Shown: positions 56,583 through 58,239 of the stretch, in pieces
Numbering within the stretch: the first letter of the stretch is position 1
Layout: each line of letters begins with the position of its first letter
Virus record (IMG/VR): IMGVR_UViG_3300014208_000048
Coordinates: 1-58,239 of that record
DNA length: 58,239 nucleotides
DNA from: a virus
Lineage: Duplodnaviria; Caudoviricetes
Strand: one strand, 5' to 3'
Program-made: the position numbers and the translations under genes
Notes under the pieces: generated by a model
Seen by the model: only the letters and a program-made list of their open reading frames with translations
Database searches by the model: none
Told to the model about the DNA's origin: nothing

Positions 56583-56995
56583 GCATCCAGGATATTCATA
56601 AGTCGACGAAAACAAATGCGCTGGCCGTCGAGATCGCTCGTCGCTACCAAGCCTACTCAAAAGAATGCGCCGAGATCGGCGTAGGTCCGGGTTGCTTTTC
56701 AAATTGGCTAGTAGAGAGGATTAACCCGGCAAAACGAACAGTGTGCGTCGTATGCGAAGCGCACAGACACTTCAGGAACTTTATTCGGGACAACATTCCA
56801 CCATCCGACATCGAACGTTTGACGGCGGGATCGGTTACACTGTTGAATGGGACAACGTATAGACTGACCCTCATGGAGCCGCACTACCATGGTCTCACGG
56901 TGGACGAAGCAATATACTATGGGCCATCACCCATGAAGGACTCGTGTGCAGTGGTGTTAGATGGACTAAAAAAATACATAAGTGAACGCAAATGA
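56579..56995 (+). CDS. Hypothetical protein
   Basis: GAGG RBS, TTGA overlap. Confidence 0.55.
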   Translation: MSIQDIHKSTKTNALAVEIARRYQAYSKECAEIGVGPGCFSNWLVERINPAKRTVCVVCEAHRHFRNFIRDNIPPSDIERLTAGSVTLLNGTTYRLTLMEPHYHGLTVDEAIYYGPSPMKDSCAVVLDGLKKYISERK

Positions 56996-57225
56996 GTAAA
57001 CTATTTCCCAAGGGTGTGACGATAATTAAAAGCGGCAAATTCAAGGCCACGATCTCGGTGGCCGGAAAGTTAATCCATCTCGGATATTTCGAAAGGATGG
57101 AGGACGCTGCCGAGGAGTTCGGTCGCGCAAAGAGATTTTATCAACAGTCAAGAACAGGGAGAAAGAAAAATGCCGGAACAAAAAGAGTTGACGTCGAAAA
57201 ACATGATGGACACGAGCGGCTTTAA
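56992..57225 (+). CDS. AP2-like DNA-binding domain protein
   Basis: PKGV....GKFKATISVAGKLIHLGYF...EDAA. Confidence 0.75.
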   Translation: MSKLFPKGVTIIKSGKFKATISVAGKLIHLGYFERMEDAAEEFGRAKRFYQQSRTGRKKNAGTKRVDVEKHDGHERL

Positions 57226-57463
57226 GCGTGGCGACAGGGTCAAAATTATGCGTCGCGCCGATCTTGGAGATCACGGCTGGGCCGACGGCTGGGTTCGTGA
57301 CAGAATGGACAAAACTATCGGTAGGACTGGGGTCGTCCACCGTGTGTCTAGTGGTTCGAACGCCGGCGTAATGGTGGATGTTTGCGGCGAAAGATGGAAC
57401 TATCCACCGTTTATACTTAAAAAGGTAAAACGCGCACTCAGAACAAAAAAGGCGGCCATATGA
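57170..57463 (+). CDS. Hypothetical SH3-like beta protein
   Basis: FKRGDRVKI...MDKTIGRTGVV. Confidence 0.6.
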   Translation: MPEQKELTSKNMMDTSGFKRGDRVKIMRRADLGDHGWADGWVRDRMDKTIGRTGVVHRVSSGSNAGVMVDVCGERWNYPPFILKKVKRALRTKKAAI

Positions 57464-57966
57464 CAAAAGACGAGCTGCGCAAAGCTAAGTCGCTAATAAC
57501 TGCGCTGCACGTATCGGTCTGGAGCGAGTCGCTACGCAACATGAGGATGCAACCTAACCTCGGCAGTGGCGAGTGCATACCGGCAACAATGATACTCTCG
57601 CGAGACGAGTATTTATTACTAAGCGCGGCAGACCCAGCGGAAATGCTCGGCAGACAAGTATCTTACTGTGACGGCGAGCTAAGGTTTCTTGGCATCCTCA
57701 CGATAGCCGGCGATCCAAGCCACGGTAGATTTCCAACGAACACGATCAAGAAGCAGACCGCGAAATTTGTGTCACCTATAGACGTTAAGGCATTCTTGAG
57801 GAGCGCGGTCGACAAAGTGTATGAGCAAAGAGAGGAAATTCTGGCCGCGTTTGTGGCGAAGCACGGATTTGATCCAGACAAGGCCGAGCAAGTGGAAGAA
57901 CGATCAGAAAACGGCGTGCGCTGGTTCATCCGAGATCGCAGCGCTGGCTTGCTGACTAAACACTGA
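57460..57966 (+). CDS. Hypothetical protein
   Basis: ATGA overlap; last phage ORF. Confidence 0.6.
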   Translation: MTKDELRKAKSLITALHVSVWSESLRNMRMQPNLGSGECIPATMILSRDEYLLLSAADPAEMLGRQVSYCDGELRFLGILTIAGDPSHGRFPTNTIKKQTAKFVSPIDVKAFLRSAVDKVYEQREEILAAFVAKHGFDPDKAEQVEERSENGVRWFIRDRSAGLLTKH

Positions 57967-58028
57967 CTAAAAATCGTAGGCACATACCTACGTGTTGCGG
58001 CTCATTGCGACGCATTGCCATAAAAATG

Positions 58029-58057
58029 TTACTGTCTAAAAACTGTCTTTTTTTCCA
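58029..58057 (+). repeat. Candidate integrase arm-type sites, copy 2
   Basis: Identical to 179..207. Confidence 0.75.
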
Positions 58058-58116
58058 AAAAGCGTACAAAAGCAGCAGTAAAAATGGCGATTTTAATTAG
58101 CATTCGATACGAAGAA

Positions 58117-58162
58117 TGACTCTTAATCAGTGGGTTCCAGGTTCGAGTCCTGGTGGGTGCAC
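58117..58162 (+). repeat. attR core (3' tRNA-Lys fragment)
   Basis: 46-bp exact repeat of 78..123. Confidence 0.95.
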
Positions 58163-58165
58163 TGC

Positions 58166-58199
58166 AATCCTTGAATCTTGTTTGATTCAAGGATTTTTT
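58166..58199 (+). terminator. Terminator of the original host tRNA locus
   Basis: AATCCTTGAATC-loop-GATTCAAGGATT followed by T run. Confidence 0.8.
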
Positions 58200-58239
58200 A
58201 TTTCTTTCCTATACGTATTTTCATAAATCCACAGATTGC

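Larger units (their letters stand above)
41436..57991. repeat. Dispersed 16-bp palindrome GTAGG-N6-CCTAC
   Basis: Copies start at 41436, 41539, 41822, 42203, 42841, 43697, 45010, 46024, 47539 (left arm degenerate), 48641, 52347, 57976. Confidence 0.93.
78..58162. mobile_element. Integrated temperate prophage, long non-contractile tail type, apparently complete
   Basis: 46-bp direct repeats of the tRNA 3' part at both ends; integrase next to attL; terminase, portal, capsid, tail, tape measure and lysis genes; no sheath gene seen. Confidence 0.95.

Noticed and set aside
2596-57983. The many minus-strand ORFs in the track
   Set aside because: Nearly all are antisense to well-supported + strand genes and show no recognisable motifs.
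41436-57991. CRISPR array reading of the palindromic repeats
   Set aside because: Repeats are only 16 bp, spacing is irregular (100 bp to over 5 kb) and filled with genes, and no cas genes are seen.
78-58162. Stop-codon reassignment
   Set aside because: Structural and replication genes are full length and densely packed in the standard code.

Overview
The window is an apparently complete ~58 kb temperate siphovirus-type prophage integrated at a tRNA-Lys(CTT) gene. A 46-bp att core is repeated at 78..123 and 58117..58162. Module order: integrase/repressor/excisionase (0.2-2 kb); recombination and replication (PD-(D/E)XK nuclease, SSB-like protein, SNF2 helicase, initiator with internal iterons, DnaB, RuvC-like; 2-13 kb); packaging, head, tail and lysis (13-34 kb); nucleotide-metabolism and nuclease accessories ending in a degenerate tyrosine recombinase (34-39.5 kb); a ~1 kb AT-rich control region; and a ~17 kb array of small + strand genes (40.5-58 kb) that includes an intact Xer-like recombinase. 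The strongest unexplained signal is a 16-bp palindrome, GTAGG-N6-CCTAC (consensus GTAGGCATGTGCCTAC). I found about 15 copies by eye; nine end 10-13 nt before a start codon in the small-gene array, and several sit inside longer shared upstream modules. Other points: tandem paralog expansions in the array, a structured ncRNA candidate, a -1 frameshift in the tail chaperone, a second tail-tube paralog with an inserted domain, and three tyrosine recombinases in different catalytic states. All protein family calls come from motif recognition by eye; no database search was run, and motif counts are not exhaustive.
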